A stretch of 63,333 nt of DNA, counting the filler, from Collodictyon triciliatum (Eukaryota), in the NCBI GenBank assembly GCA_043381765.1. It is 5 parts of 5 records of this genome, joined end to end, with 100 filler letters (N's around TTAATTAATTAA, not from the genome) between each part and the next. Parts side by side here need not be neighbours in the genome. Positions count along the whole stretch, not along the records: positions 35,789 to 53,541 come from JBHJMP010001426.1; positions 53,642 to 61,457 come from JBHJMP010001503.1; positions 61,558 to 63,333 come from JBHJMP010001608.1; 2 more parts are not named here. The stretch is one strand, 5' to 3'. Below, one piece after another: positions 49,248-63,333 of the stretch (within the stretch, counting starts at the first letter, position 1; every line of letters begins with the position of its first letter). The position numbers and the translations under genes are program-made. The notes beneath the pieces were generated by a model. That model searched no databases, was not told the origin of the DNA, and saw nothing but the letters and a program-made list of their open reading frames with translations.

Positions 49248-50819
49248 TTACGAATCAGACTTAATCGATTCCGCGCCGTCTGTGTTCTTTTTAGTTTGTT
49301 GGCCTCCTTCGATTCGTGTCATCAAGCTCTCCATTCTGCTTTTCGCTATTCCCAGCGATGGTCTTCTATTTTCCATCGCACGACGAAGCTGTAGATAATC
49401 AATTATTGTAAGTTAACAATCCAGTTAAGAAAAAAATTGAATAGGCTATAGGACCAAAAGTGAAAACGATGGATGTTGGCTATTTTGATATATACGCGCA
49501 ATGTATTTGATATGTGCTCCAATAGTAAGGGTAGGTATGATATACATGCCCATTAATAAAATTGCTACCATGAATAAAAATCATGATAACTTCTGTTGTA
49601 GACATACAACATGCTTATGTTACTTCAGGTCTTATAAAAGATTGTATGAATCAAAAGAAACACTTTCTTTTTTTTGAAAGACCAAGTCGTCTATTTCTTC
49701 TTTGTTGTTTGTTTGTTTGTTTGTTTGTTTGTTTGTTTGTTTGTTTGTTTGTTTGTTTGTTTGTTTGTTTGTTTGTTTGTTTGTTTGTTTGTTTGTTTGG
49801 TAAGGTATTTGTACTTCTTTACTAGATGATCAAGCAAAAATTACCCTGTCCTCCGCAGATGTTTGTGTTGTGTTTTGATCCTCTGCTCTAGCAGTAGTGT
49901 CTTCCCCAGTTTCTTTCGAGCTTTGGTCAACTAATCTACCTCGCCTATAGGAGAAATTTGTGGTTTAGTAATGCAGCATTAACATCTAGTTTGCCATATT
50001 GTTTTGCCCTAGAATGAAACTTTGTGAATAAACTATTTCGGATCAATATAAGTGACATATTTAAGATTGGTGAATTTGAATTGGCCAGTGAAGTAATCGA
50101 ATTTCAATCCATTACGTTTTCAACCATTCTCGGTCTTGGTGAATATTCCCTACAGTATTTTCTTGAGGATATCCCTTGTTCTCCTCCGGTTTTTCAGGAG
50201 TGCTATCAAGCTTTTGCTTGACTGACAATCCTTGAACCCTTTCCAGAGCCTTGCTCAGGTTTTTAGCTCGAGTCTAAATAATTATTGTATCATTTCTATA
50301 AAGAGGTATGTGTATTCAAGATTAAAAAAAAATAATGATTGCACACGTAGAAAAATTCTAGCAATATCGGAAAAGAGTGGGCTTTTTTTTTTTTTTGCTA
50401 CTATTATTGTGGTCTTTATTTCGGCCAATTACGTTTGGGCTCATTGTCAGGGACTTGAAGGAGATTCCGGTTCCACTTTGTTTGGGTGAGTCTTTGGGCT
50501 TGGGCACGTCGCGTAATTGAGTGGGATTATGGCTCAGCTACCAACATTATTTGATCAGATGTTAAATTCGTAGATAGAAAAAAATTATAACTGTAGTAAT
50601 TATTTATGGAAGAGGGTTCCTATCGTCTTGGGCATGAGAATAAGGTAATATTTGAATAAATGTGTGTCTATCAGAACATGCAGAATATCTCCAAAAAATA
50701 TGAATTGTTTATTATTTTTATGGAGCCATGTTTTTAGCATGTAGTAATCAATAAAATGATTAGTGAATACCAAGTCTGTTTTTGGATGACTTTCAGTCTT
50801 AATATGGCCGTTTACATCA

Positions 50820-50871
<52 letters not shown>

Positions 50872-52920
50872 GTGAGGTTATGATTCATATTTTTATACGA
50901 AAAGTTGCGTTAGCAACAATAAATATCTAACAAAAAGGAATTTTCTTGGAATAATCATATATGTACACGAACCATACAGTTCGTTACCATAGCAGAAAAA
51001 GATTTAGGGACAACATTGAACTGGAGCGAAGTGTAGCACAGGTGCTTAGAATTCGATAAATGGGTCTCACCTTCAATCGTGGTTGCACTGACCTCAGTAT
51101 GTCTGACATTGGAGAGAGGGTTGCTGGTAATAGTTTCTTCGGTATCTGGATTAATTACGTTAATAAATACCAAATTGTAATGGATGAATGGCCACACAGA
51201 CTATCATTTAATAAGAAAAGGATAATAAATTGATCCCAAATTTGAGACTTTACCAACAAGGTTGGCTCTCTCTTGAATTTTGATTGCATACATTAAATGA
51301 ATAAAAAGTAATTTTAATTTAAATGCATGATTGCAAGAAAACGAGTTCTTGCAAGATGGAAATGAAAAGGAAAAATAAGAACCTAGACGGTTTCTTTCGA
51401 AAAAATTAAATGGAATAGTACGAGGCAAAATTATTCAAAATAAAAAGAAATTATTCAGAGAAATGTGCGCTGCAGTGATTTAATAACTCTTAACATCAGA
51501 TAAGACACAAAGCAAAGTTGTTGATTTTTTATTTCAGGTTTTTTTGTTTGTTACTGTAAAAAAAAAAACCTGTTTCAAAACTGTCTTCCTCTAATAAAGA
51601 CCCTATGGTCTCGAATAAATTTCCATTATTTGCAAGATCTACTTTCAATATAGTATTTTCGGCGATGGCACAACCGTCAATATTATCAGATGATTTTGGC
51701 AAATCACTTTCCTTGACTTTACTTAATTGCGTGGTTTCATGATTTCCCTCAAATCTATTTTCGGGAAAAAACAAACTTTCTTCTAAATTTCCGTCTGTAT
51801 TTTTTGAATTCTTAGTAACGATATTATCACCGATTGTGACATTGGGACAACCATCTGTTGCATCTTTTGCATTCTCATTGTTTTCCAATTGCAGTTGTGA
51901 TGATGATTCACTTGAAATACTTCCGCTTCGATTTCCATCCGTCTTCGATTGTGGCGATCTTCCAACATGACTTTTGCGACGTATTTCGTCCTGATTTTGC
52001 TCGGTGCTCTTTGTTGTGGTCACTTTCATTAAGGAGCTTGCTGTATGCTCATAAATACTAGGTCTGTATCATTTTTTAATTTATCATTATTCATATAATC
52101 ACCCACGTATAATAAACAGTCAAAAAATGAGATGATTTTACACTTGCTTATCTTTTTAAGATAAATGCTTTAAACTTTTAGATATTTTACAAAAAAAAAC
52201 ATATTAGCAATAGAATCGAACCTCCAGTTCATATTTTCTCTAGACTTTGGGTGCGTTTCTTGTTGTTTATGTTCCTAAACGTGAAATGGGAGAGGAACAA
52301 AATGTCGTTTGTGTGCAAATAAGCATGAATATTGAAAAAAATATATGTAATGATTGATTCTCAATTTTATGGATATGTAAATGAATCATAAATAACTGAG
52401 AAAGGAAATTAAAATTGACCAAAAAAAAAGGATACAAAAGAAAATAAATTGATATATAAGCAAGTATAGTGGCCACAACAGAATGCCATATGGCGACAAA
52501 CCTCTTGTATCTGAGTGTGTAGATCTGAGACGTAATCGTGTACTTTCTGCTCAATACTTTTTCGAGTCTGAATGCATTTTTTGCTTTCTTCCCTCTGCTG
52601 CTCCCATTTCTTACTCGGGTCTAAATATCTTGGGCGGATGAAAACGCCTCTGTTCTCATATTGGACATATAATGTGCTGATATTAGCAATACAGTTTTTT
52701 AAAAAAGGCAAAAAAAGGCAAAAAAGAAAAGCAAAAAGGAAAAGAAAAGAAGAAAAGGAAAAAGGAAAAAAGAAAAAGAAAAAGAAAAGAAGAAAAGAAA
52801 GAATAATTTTCACAAGTGTGAAGAAAAAAACATCAAAAAAGTTAGAGAGGTACACATCAAAAGGGAGAATACTTCATCTATGCCGCACTTGGGTTAAAAA
52901 GGAACTCACTCTTCATCCAT
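49248..52920 (-). CDS. Multi-exon hydrophilic, largely disordered protein of unknown function
   Basis: MDEE/GVFIRPRYLDPSKKWEQQREESKK... through about ten phase-consistent GT-AG exons to LRRAMENRRPSLG...SIKSDS* (TAA 49248-49250). Confidence 0.7.
49707..49799. repeat. Intronic (TTTG)n microsatellite
   Basis: Directly visible. Confidence 0.95.
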
Positions 52921-53641
52921 GTTGCCAGTAGGAGCGAAGAAACTCTCGGACGATCGGCGAAGGAGCGATCCAAAAGATAGACAGAGATTTACCACGGAAT
53001 ACTAGTGCAGAGTTCGGTTCTTCGTCCCTTCCGATCGCTCCACCCCGTGCAGCTTGTGCTATCCTGTGAAGCAGGTCAGGAAGGCAAGCGGAGAAAAACT
53101 GAGTATGACTGCATGGCGGCTTCATTCTTTTCGATGGAGCTGAAAGACGTTCATTGGTTCAGTCGGACAGCGCGCGCTGGGAATTACACAATTTAAAGTA
53201 TACTATTTAGCGTACTTTTTATAGTATGAATAAGAATTATTAGCTACAAAATCGGCCTTTGCATAATTATATATAAATTCCAGAATTATATGACTGATAC
53301 TTTGCTCTTTGGGTGGGCAAGAGAAAAGGGTGTTTTTTTTTATTATTCTAAAAGTCTTGGCTGTTGAGCCCGTCCCAACAATCTTTCATCCAACCACCAG
53401 GCAAGTAGTTCCAAAGTAGGTGGGTGATGTGTGGGAGATAGAAAAAGAAAAACAGGGATAAAGATAAAAGAAAAAAGGGAAAAGAGAGGTCCTTGAGGCT
53501 TGATAAGAGACGCATGGATTTCTTTTGGGGACGCGTGATAGNNNNNNNNNNNNNNNNNNNNNNNNNNNNNNNNNNNNNNNNNNNNTTAATTAATTAANNN
53601 NNNNNNNNNNNNNNNNNNNNNNNNNNNNNNNNNNNNNNNNN

Positions 53642-53738
53642 ATAATCATAATCATAATCATAATCATAATCATAATCATAATCATAATCATAATCATAAT
53701 CATAATCATAATCATAATCATAATCATAATCATAATCA
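53642..53738. repeat. (ATAATC)n hexamer repeat at a contig edge
   Basis: Directly visible. Confidence 0.95.
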
Positions 53739-54564
53739 TTGCGATGTCAATTGGTGGTCGTGGCATTATCGATGTCGTAACCATCAGCCTAACCCGATAA
53801 CCCCTCCACACTTGAGTCTCAAATTAGTCAACCCCATAGTGCAAAATCCACTTTCATGTCCACAACTTTAATGACCACCAACCTAATCACAACAGAGGGC
53901 TACCTCTCATGCGACGATGACGCAGATGCAGCTGGCAATTAAACTCGGGAATCAGCAGACATATGAACCCACAGAGGCCTGCGACTCATTAGCCACATCC
54001 CTAATCACCCAAACACAAGACAAGAAATGTTCACCCAGAATTTATATTTCCTTGCAAACTCCACCACCCAACCCATCTACGAGCAGACAACGCAAGCGCG
54101 TCCATAAAAATGAGACATTATTTCCAGTATCTGCGGTGATGTTTCAATGCTGATTATTTTTCTCTCCTCCTTTTTTTTTTAACCTCACAAGACTCACTTT
54201 GTTATTTCTTTCACGTCTGGTGTGATTCGTTTCAATTTGATTCAAAGCTGTCGTAGATGACGGCTTATTGAAATCAACAGTATTTTTATCTGTATACATA
54301 AATACTCACGATAAACATTCAATGAAAGGACACCAACTTCTGAAACTATGCTTTGGATAACCCTTTTCCTCTGCAAAATCACATGTTTTCTCTCCACAAA
54401 GCCTTTCTGCGCCCCCGCAAAGGAGAATGACTATTACACACACTTGCACAGAAGAAAAAAGAAGAGGGAGGGAGGGAGAGAAAGCTGAAGTATGCATCAT
54501 TGAAAAGAAAAACATGTAAAGAATATCCCTCCCTACAGTTTCCTCCAAGCTCCCTCTTGGTTGC

Positions 54565-55154
54565 ATGGCACAATCATCATCTTCGAGCCCAACAGCGATG
54601 GCACCTTTTCGCAGCGCCCAATCGAGCGGGTCACTTTCCCATGGAATGCCTCCAGGCCAAAGGCAGACTCAGCCAATATCTCCGCTCCACGCACTCGCAA
54701 TTACTCTGAATCGAACGCAGCATCGTTCGCAGTCGGCTGATCAGTCTCCACAGTTGGCAGCAGATGCCGCAAACCCAGTCCTTGTTGGCCGTGCAACCGA
54801 ACTTCCGACGATTCACTCGACAAGGAGCCTGCATTCGTTTGAAGCGCATGAGTCCGCACCGATATCGTCGAAGATTCAAAAGCATGTCAAAGTAAGTGTG
54901 GAAGACGACCCAGTGCTGCAGCGCGTCCTTCGTGGGAGAAGCTCCCTGTCTCATTCTCTGCAGCACACATTCTCAAACATTTTGCATCCGTCAAGTCTGG
55001 CTGGAAGAGGCTCTATCATAGAGGGGAACTCCGTGGTGGAGTTTGCATCAATACCAGAGTCTATATCGTCAGATGCACTAGATGATGAGGAGGATATGAA
55101 TCCGTACACAATCGAGTTTATCAACAAAACCATGGAAGAAACGTAAAAAAACTA

Positions 55155-55239
<85 letters not shown>

Positions 55240-58200
55240 TGCGTACAGAGATGAGTGTCTGATAAGATGTATTTTTCCCATCTGCTCTAGCTTTCATGAG
55301 TATTATTGGGATATATACTATGCGGACATTAAAACATTCTGGATTGTGTGTAAGTAATAGTTTTTTTAACTATCCTTTATTACTTCTACTATAGCTATTA
55401 AATTTTTTTACTCCTTTTTATTTATTTATGGTTAATTTTTGTTGATATTGGTCTTTAAGAAAATATTTTTTTGACATATGTGGTATTTCTTTTCATTTTT
55501 TTTAAAAAAACAAAAGGAAAAATGCAAAAGGAAACACTATTATTAGTTGGTTTTTTTTTTTGATAAAAGAAAACTACTGAGACAAACGTTTTAACATAGC
55601 TTCAATCATTTCAACCCTATTTACCGTGGTGTTTGCGTCACTGGCCAATGATCACAACCTCTATATCGCCATCATCAATTTTTTGTCTTTCATTCTCCCT
55701 TGTATTATATGCCTAAAGTTTGGAACCAACCAGAGCATGAGCCATGCAAAATGCATGATGCTGTTTTCAACCACCATATTACTATCTGTAATCGGACCTA
55801 TCATCTTGGTTTCTCAAATTCTCACCCAAACAATAATAAATCCCGAATCAACGGCTGCGTTTGTGCTTATCATGAGTGGTCTCCTACCAAACGTGAGGTA
55901 ACCGACTATTTTATCACATAAATCCAAAAAAAAAAAAAAGACGATTCGTATTGTGATAACAAGAATCTGTCTCATCCTCGGTTTATTCTATTTCATTTCA
56001 TCATGAGCACTAAAAAAAATATATGTTTCTAGATTACCTTTGAAATATGTGTCGATGGTGAACATACTTGCGTATATTTCATTCCTAGCTGCTTGCCTAT
56101 CTGTACACAAATATACTGAACCACCTCGAAGAGTTGTTCTCCCGCTATTGATATTGCTGGTCTCTATATGTGTTAATGTTCGAAACGGTTATTTGGTCAG
56201 TCTTAAAATCATGAATGAGTATATTGCTATTTGCATTTGCACTTCTTTACTTCTTTAGCATTGGTCCTTGTTGAGAACGTCCTCATTTGAAAACCATATT
56301 GCAACTTAGAGCGAGATGCACATACGAATGGGGTTTATGTACTCTAGGAGAATGACTGGAGAGAACGAAGCACTTCGAAAAAAAGTTCTTAATAATTTGT
56401 TATTTTCCCCCTTTTTGCATTTTCCTGCAAATTTATATAAGGGCATTCCATTTACGAAAACAAAATAAATCCAAATATTATTAGATATGGTCCATGGAAA
56501 GAACAGGACGTTCTCATGAAGCTGCAGAACAGTTAGATTTAGTATCACCAATGGAAACTGTGATAAGGACGCTAAAAGAAATATCCCTGGGCCCGTGTTT
56601 GTATTTCATAGCCATATTTTTGTTGTGTTTGTAAATGATACACATTCATCAGCTGAATTACTCACTCTTTTTTTTTTAAAAAAAAAAATGAAATGTACGC
56701 ATTATTCAAACTTTATGGCAAAATTTTAGATGCGGAGAGTGTCAAGTCAAAGATAGAGAGTATCATCTCTCTTATATCCGAATATGAGACACTTTTACAT
56801 CCAAACATATCATCTCAATTGCAGAATAAAGAAGGTTCCCGACATTACAACCCTAGAATATTCAATATTTCTGTTAATGTGTCTTCTTATTCACTCGTAT
56901 TGGCCATCGTAAATATAGGTATTGATGATGATATGAGCAATTGGCTTTTCTATGAGCTCGCCTCGAAAGAGAAGAGAATACTAGACAATCAGAAATCTTT
57001 TCGAAGAACGAAGCATTCCATCGCATCGTAAATGATTTATTTCTCAGATCTATCAATTCACATGGTCAATTGATTGTGATATTCATCCGAATCACAAATA
57101 TGCAGAACAAACTTCTCTTCGATGTCACATACGAATAAGCTGTCCAAAGGGTACCCTTTTCATTTATTCAAAATGTAAACAAACGAATTTTCAAAAATGT
57201 GTTCCCCCTTTTTTATTTTATTTTTTAATATAACAATAAGTGTAATGTTTCTACATAAAAAAGAGAGGAATCAGACGTGGAAAGTTACATAATGAAGAAC
57301 TTTCCATGGAGCTGGGACACATATGAAATTGACCGACTTTCGAAAGGTTAAGTTTCGACGTTATTTTTTTTTGTTTTTTTTTGTTTTGTTTGATGAAGCT
57401 TCGTTCTCTTCGTACATCTTTGTTCCAAACATAATCAAAATCATTATTCTTCTAGGACATGCCCTTTTATATACTACTACATATATTTTGAAGGCGTACG
57501 GATGTCTCGATAGACTTAAGATTGATGAGTCAAAACTGCGCCATTTTTTAAAGGACATTGAGGCGGGTTACTCTCTAGAGGCAAAATATCATAACCAGCT
57601 TCATGCGACTGACGTAAGTCCTATTCTAAATATGAAATAAAGTACTAGAAATTTTTTTATTTTAACCTGCAAATTTTCAACCGAAATCATAAACATAGGT
57701 TGTTTTAAGCCTGTTTTCTTTAATATCAAGTGGAAAAATTTCAAGGTTTGTTCCAATTTACACTACTATATATGATATTAGTCTAATAATTAACCATTTT
57801 AATACACTATATCTGCTTTCTATCCCACTCATCTATAATCATGATTTTCTAATCAAAAATAATGCATCGTGTGATGAAGCTTTATGAGCGACTTCGATAT
57901 ATTCACTTGTGTTATTACCGCTGCTATTCATGATTTTGGACACCCTGGCCTCAATAACGCATTTCAGGTTCTAGTCCTACATAATTATGAAAAAAATGCA
58001 TTTGTTTCCATCTTAGAGGATATTTGTTTATCACAAAAAAAAACATTTTATCAGATCAACACGGAATCCGAAAAAGCTGTGATATATAATGACCGATCCG
58101 TAATATACTTTATAATATTTCCTATATTAATATTATGATTTATAATTTTTTACATCGTTCTTTAGATTATAAGTATCATATTTTCTTTCTCTCTTACGCT

Positions 58201-58331
58201 AATATTCCATGAAATTTATTTTTATCTCATCGCATTGTGAGTAGGTATTAGAGAGTTTTCATATATCAGCTTCATGGCAACTATTAAAACAACCACAAAA
58301 CAATTTCATGGATACCTTCGATTCCTCTCGG

Positions 58332-58391
<60 letters not shown>

Positions 58392-60005
58392 ATACTATTG
58401 AATTTGCAATAGTTGCGTCTATAAACAATGTGGTGATAATGAATTCCTTCTTTTTCTCCCCATTTCCTATTTCCTCTTTTTATACTATTTTTAAATGCAT
58501 ATTTTTAGAAAGAAAGAGTTTCGGTCGACAATTATAGATTTGGTCCTTGCCACTGATATGGCACAAGTGACTTTTCTACATTTTTATTTTTCATATGTTG
58601 TATTTCTTTGTGTATGTCTTTGTCTTTGTCTTTGTCTTTGTCTTTGTCTTTGTCTTTGTCTTTGTCTTTGTCTTTGTCTTTGTCTTTGTCTTTGTCTTTA
58701 TCTTTATCTTTATCTTTATCGTTGTATACCACTATATAAATGCCTTACAAGTATCAATCCTTTGCAGCATTTTGAAATACTTTCCGAATTCAAAGCCAAG
58801 ATGGCAGGAAACAGTATGATTATTTAGTTCCATCGCACACGCATGAAATACCTAGACGATGACTTCTTTTTCTCTGTCTGATAAAACTTATAAGAATCTT
58901 AATGATACCACCAGCGTTCGACCTCTCTGATGTGAGGAATAAAATGTTGCTGCTTAAACTAGCCATCAAAGTGTCGGATTGTAAGTGAATTAGCTCCACG
59001 AATTCAATACAAAACATTCATATAAAACTATCACATCAGACTATAGCTGACAATAATTATTCACTATAATAATAATTAGTGAGCCACGCTGCAAAACCCA
59101 TCGGAATTCATGAAAAATGGGCCTTGCAAGTTCAAGAAGAATTTTTCAACCAAGTCTATTGATTATCTTCTATTTGAGCACTTGATACATTGCCATATCG
59201 AAAAATCTCGCGTACATTTATCATTAGGTTTGATACCAATCTGTCCCATTTAAAATAATTCTCAGGGTGATAAGGAGCGCTCTATTGGAATTCCCATCTC
59301 GCCTTTCATGGACAGATCTAATACTTTTATTCCAAAGTCACAGGTATTTTCCGTTCTCTTCTCTCCATCCCTTTTTGTTTTTTGTTTTTTTAAAAAAAAC
59401 CACTTTATTATGTAAATTATTTTTATTCTTCACCGAATGCTCACTTCAATCAAATTCCTATTTATAATTCTGTGTCGCTTGCTACTTACGCGGGTCTGAT
59501 GGAAAATAAAGGTAGGTTTTATGAATTTTGTGGCACTTCCTCTGTACGAAGCCTTCAACTACAATGGAGAGTATCTGGACATGGTTAATCAAGTCAAGGC
59601 GAATACAAAATATTGGGAGAGGAAGTATTTTTCTCTTTCATGTTGCTGATAGCGAGTTGAAGACAAAATTCTTTCATGCGGCTGGCTAAATCATCTTTTA
59701 ACGTATTGATGTTCTCTGATTTTAGGATTGCAAATGAAGTTGTTCCTATCACAAGCGGACCTTTGGGCTCGGTAAGGTCGATGGTGCCTTCGCTGGTCAA
59801 CATGTCAGAACAAACGACTACGAAAACTATGAACTCCAAAAATGAAAAGATCGACAAACAAGAAACATCGGAGAAGTATCAACAGCCTAAAAGAAGGAAA
59901 GGTAACTTTTTAGCTAGAAAATCAGATTGTCTGCAAACCTTACATTCCCGAATGCATGAATCATACAATAAGGAACCATATGGACATGTCTGCAGAATTA
60001 AATAG
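54565..60005 (+). CDS. Class I 3',5'-cyclic nucleotide phosphodiesterase with N-terminal multi-TM anchor
   Basis: YHNQLHATDV, AAIHDFGHPGLNNAF, YNDRSVLESFH, LVLATDMAQHFE, KVSDLSH, EEFFNQGDKER, SQVGFMNFVALPLY. Several hydrophobic segments are encoded at 55300-56200. Exon phases are consistent. Confidence 0.94.
58616..58720. repeat. Intronic (GTCTTT)n grading into (ATCTTT)n
   Basis: Directly visible. Confidence 0.95.
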
Positions 60006-60890
60006 GATGCCTTTTTTTTCTTTTTTTTGTTGCTTTTATTAATATTTCTTTTGGATTTTCATTTGGGCAAGGTGAGGTAAACACTCTCGCAACTAATTAT
60101 TTGTTGCCACAGGTGATTCATAATTCCCACTTCGTGGTTCATGGCATCGCCACCCGGTTATTCTCAAGCCCTCTTGGGGAGCAAGCTCTTCTCTTTTTCT
60201 TCTCTTTTTCTTCTCTTTTTCTTCTCTTTTTCTTCTCTTTTTCTTCTCTTTTTCTTCTCTTTTTCTTCTCTTTTTCTTCTCTTTTCTTCTCTTTTTCTTT
60301 TTCTTTTTTCTTTTTCTTTTTCTTTTTCTTTTTCTTTTTCTTTTTCTTTTTCTTTTTCTTTTTCTTTTTCTTTTTTCTTCCATCAACCATCACTCGCAGT
60401 TAGCTTCCTTTCCCCTTTCTCTCTTTGAAGATATTCGCATGCGCCTCTTAATATCCCATCGCTGCATGTAGTATATATAAATACCGCAAAAGAATCGCAA
60501 CGAAAGACAAGCAAGCGATATTGAAGGAGAGGGAGAGAGAAAGATAGGACAAGAAAGATCATGAAAGATGAGAAAGAAAGAAAAAATAATGATTTAATGC
60601 AAAGAAACAACCGACCGAGGCAAAATGCCACCGCTTTCAGCAAACGTTGTGGAAGTCTTTGGAAACTTGTTTCGGGGGGTTTGTAAACTCCGTTTTCTTC
60701 CTCTGTGGCGATCGATCCCTTTCAACCAAAGCCTTCATCAAAAGCGCACAAAGCGTTAAACACCAGGAAGAAAGAGAAAAATAAGGAAAAAAAAAAAAGT
60801 TAGGGTAAGAATAAGAATCCCCAAAGTCCGCTAGAACCCCGCATTGTCTATTTAACAGGCAGGCAGGCAGGCAGCCAGACTTGATCGCTG

Positions 60891-61145
60891 ATGGACTCTG
60901 CAGCGGCATTGAGAAGTCAGGAGAGGCGAAGAGGAAGCGCACCGGCGTGGAAGAGTGGACTTGGCCAAGTTGGAGCCGAGCCTCCTGCAGTTCTTGGACG
61001 GAGTCGCAACATCAGCTCCACGCAGAGACTGTCAGAGCCCACCTCAAAGGGATCAAACACGAGGCTGTCAGACGAAGGACGACTTGACTTTGCGCCGCAA
61101 AGCAACGATGACATCGAATATGCTAAGAAAGTGATGCAGAGGAAG
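60891..61145 (+). CDS. Probable first exon of an unidentified gene interrupted by the gap at 61458
   Basis: GC-rich ORF MDSAAALRSQERRRGSAP...IEYAKKVMQRK ending at an AAG|GTATT donor. Confidence 0.5.
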
Positions 61146-61319
61146 GTATTTTGGGTCTCGGGAAAACGAGACTGATATAATGTAAAATATGTATTTATAT
61201 ATTCCATACAAAGCGAATATTACATATGGTATAATATTCATGGATTTCTTCTACAATAACGGATAGTCTCATGAGTTTTATTTTATACATATTTGTTTAT
61301 GTCTTTATGTCTTTATGCC

Positions 61320-61457
61320 TTTATGCCTTTATATAATTGTGTATGTATGTANGTATGTATGTATGTATGTATGTATGTATGTATGTATGTATGTATGTAT
61401 GTATGTATGTATGTATGTATGTATGTATGTATGTATGTATGTATGTATGTATGTATG
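61320..61457. repeat. (GTAT)n microsatellite running into a gap
   Basis: Directly visible. Confidence 0.96.
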
Positions 61458-61824
61458 NNNNNNNNNNNNNNNNNNNNNNNNNNNNNNNNNNNNNNNNNNN
61501 NTTAATTAATTAANNNNNNNNNNNNNNNNNNNNNNNNNNNNNNNNNNNNNNNNNNNNCAAAATATGCATACACTTCCTCTAAAAAATAGGCTGTTGGGTC
61601 TTTCCTGGCAGGCTGCACCACTACACGACCCTTTGTGAAAAAAGTGGCGAGACCTTTGATACTTGCGGACCAGGTTTACCAATCTTTCGATTGGTATAAT
61701 CTTCCAGTATACCAAAATAGAATCGAAAGGGTATCAATTAAACCATAAAAAAGAAAGAGGGGAGGGTACACTCAGAAAAAGAAAAAGAAAAAGAAAAAGG
61801 GGACGATGAGATCTAGAATTTAAT

Positions 61825-62805
61825 CTACAAATCTTCATAAAAAGTCAGGGTTTCAAGCATTTTGCGAATGTAGCGAGCGTAGACATACCTATATATTCAT
61901 CCAAATGCTTAGCGATTATACTTGCAAAGACAAGATATATATATATATGGTGACTTTTCAATTCCAAGCACAATACACTTACTCTGATAGTCTAAGAAAG
62001 AAAAGTAAGAAGCCGATGCGATTAAAGTAGGTGATTGCCATGAGCACAAACAACCCGATCAAGGATAGATGGATAAATCGTGCCAAAAGTGAGAGCCGAC
62101 GCTTCACTATTCCCATAAACCCGCAATAATATAATGCGATACAGTAAACGATATAAACAAAGACCACACCCCAATATAGCCCTTTGATTGTGTAATCTCC
62201 AGACATTTTCGACTGTTTTGAAATCTGGAGCACGATTCAGATAGTCACGATGATGTGGGAATTCAGAAATAGAAAACGACATGTGTGCGAATGACCGATT
62301 ATTATATCGAGAGGCATGGTATGAGGAGGTTAATTCATCATAAGTATATAGTTACATCGTTAACAATCGCATCAACTTGAAGGATCCAGTAGGAAACGAA
62401 GGCAACGTTCGATAAGGCATCCATTGACAAGAGAATAAGGAAGAAAGTTTTGTTCCTCGAATATATAACCATGGCATCGCCCTGAAAAAATAACTGTGGC
62501 TCCTGAGAATTTTGCATTGATTCGGGGTGGAACGGGCTGAAGTTCTATGAATCAAAAACATTCATCGTTATTCTTTTACATTTTTTTCAACAATGAAATA
62601 GTACATAATCGGACGATGTACCACAAAATGGTAATCATATTCAATGAACCATTACATTAAATACACATTTTGGCTATGAAATGATTTATTTTATTTTTTT
62701 ATTCTTCCTTTCAACTTTTGTGCAGGGCCGAGGGTTTGGCTATGAAATGATAAAAAGATCGATCGAAGTTACGGACGATTGTTTGGTATTCACCCAAGAA
62801 TTCAT
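61825..62805 (-). CDS. Small membrane protein of unknown function with about four TM segments
   Basis: Four exons join in phase: MNSWVNTKQSS/NFSPFH...TFFLILLSMDALSNVAFVSYWILQVDAIVND/ISKQ...YWGVVFVYIVYCIALYYCGFMG...LLFFLRLSE/YVYARYIRKMLETLTFYEDL*. Confidence 0.68.
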
Positions 62806-63333
62806 CCTTGGCCGGAATCGCACTTATGAGGGTTCCTTTTGGAGGTAATATGTAAACAAAATCGAAAATCGAAAAGAAGACAAATTCAAAATAAAATCTG
62901 TTTTACTTCTCACACAGCCCCATGATACTAGGAGAAGCATGTCTAAACGTTACTCTGTCCTTATCATCGGGTATGAATGGTATTACCGTCCGGATTCTCT
63001 AGAACGATGGGGACATTATCGGGCAAGCTCTGAGAACGAGGCACCCTCCCGATGTGATCCTTCATACTCAATAACAATACCACACAAACGCTCCCTAGGC
63101 TAAAGAACTTAAAAAAAAAAAGGAAAAGAACTCGGCAGGGTCGCAACCCTCAAGTGCTTGCAAGTATTTCTATTCGTCAAAAAAAAAAAAAAAAGGAAGA
63201 AAAATCGGATTTATAGCCACCAACAGTTCTTTTCCTTTTTTTTTCTTGACCTATATTTCCCCCTTTTTTTCTTTTTTTCTTTTTTTTTGTTTTTTTTTGT
63301 TTTTTTTTGTTTTTTTTGTTTTTTTTTTGTTTT

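Noticed and set aside
19400-60005. Signalling genes (phosphatase, kinase, GEF, DHHC, bZIP, PDE) as one functional cluster
   Set aside because: These families are large in protists, the genes lie on separate joined contigs, and no shared regulatory signal is visible.

Overview
Draft scaffold of an unidentified, AT-rich, intron-dense unicellular eukaryote, not a prokaryote. It uses the standard genetic code and mostly short GT-AG introns, and it contains N-gaps plus four artificial TTAATTAATTAA spacers. I spliced the genes by hand because the ORF track shows only exon fragments. In order, the window holds: an LRR/Cys-rich/multi-TM receptor-like gene; an intronless GC-rich RCC1 carrying a RanBP2-type zinc finger and FG repeats; a large IQ-motif gene; a 3' gene fragment; an LRR-PP2C phosphatase; an ARM-like/PB1/TKL kinase with a head-to-head inverted paralog; an IQ-DH-PH-ankyrin RhoGEF; a DHHC palmitoyltransferase; a Tim17/22/23-NDUFA11 family gene; an atypical bZIP; an unknown disordered protein; a membrane-anchored class I phosphodiesterase; and small unknown genes. 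The best candidates for novelty are (1) the nucleoporin-like RCC1 fusion and (2) the palindromic pair of non-RD ARM-PB1 kinase genes with a locally diverged N-terminal patch. All calls come from motif recognition by eye; no database search was run.
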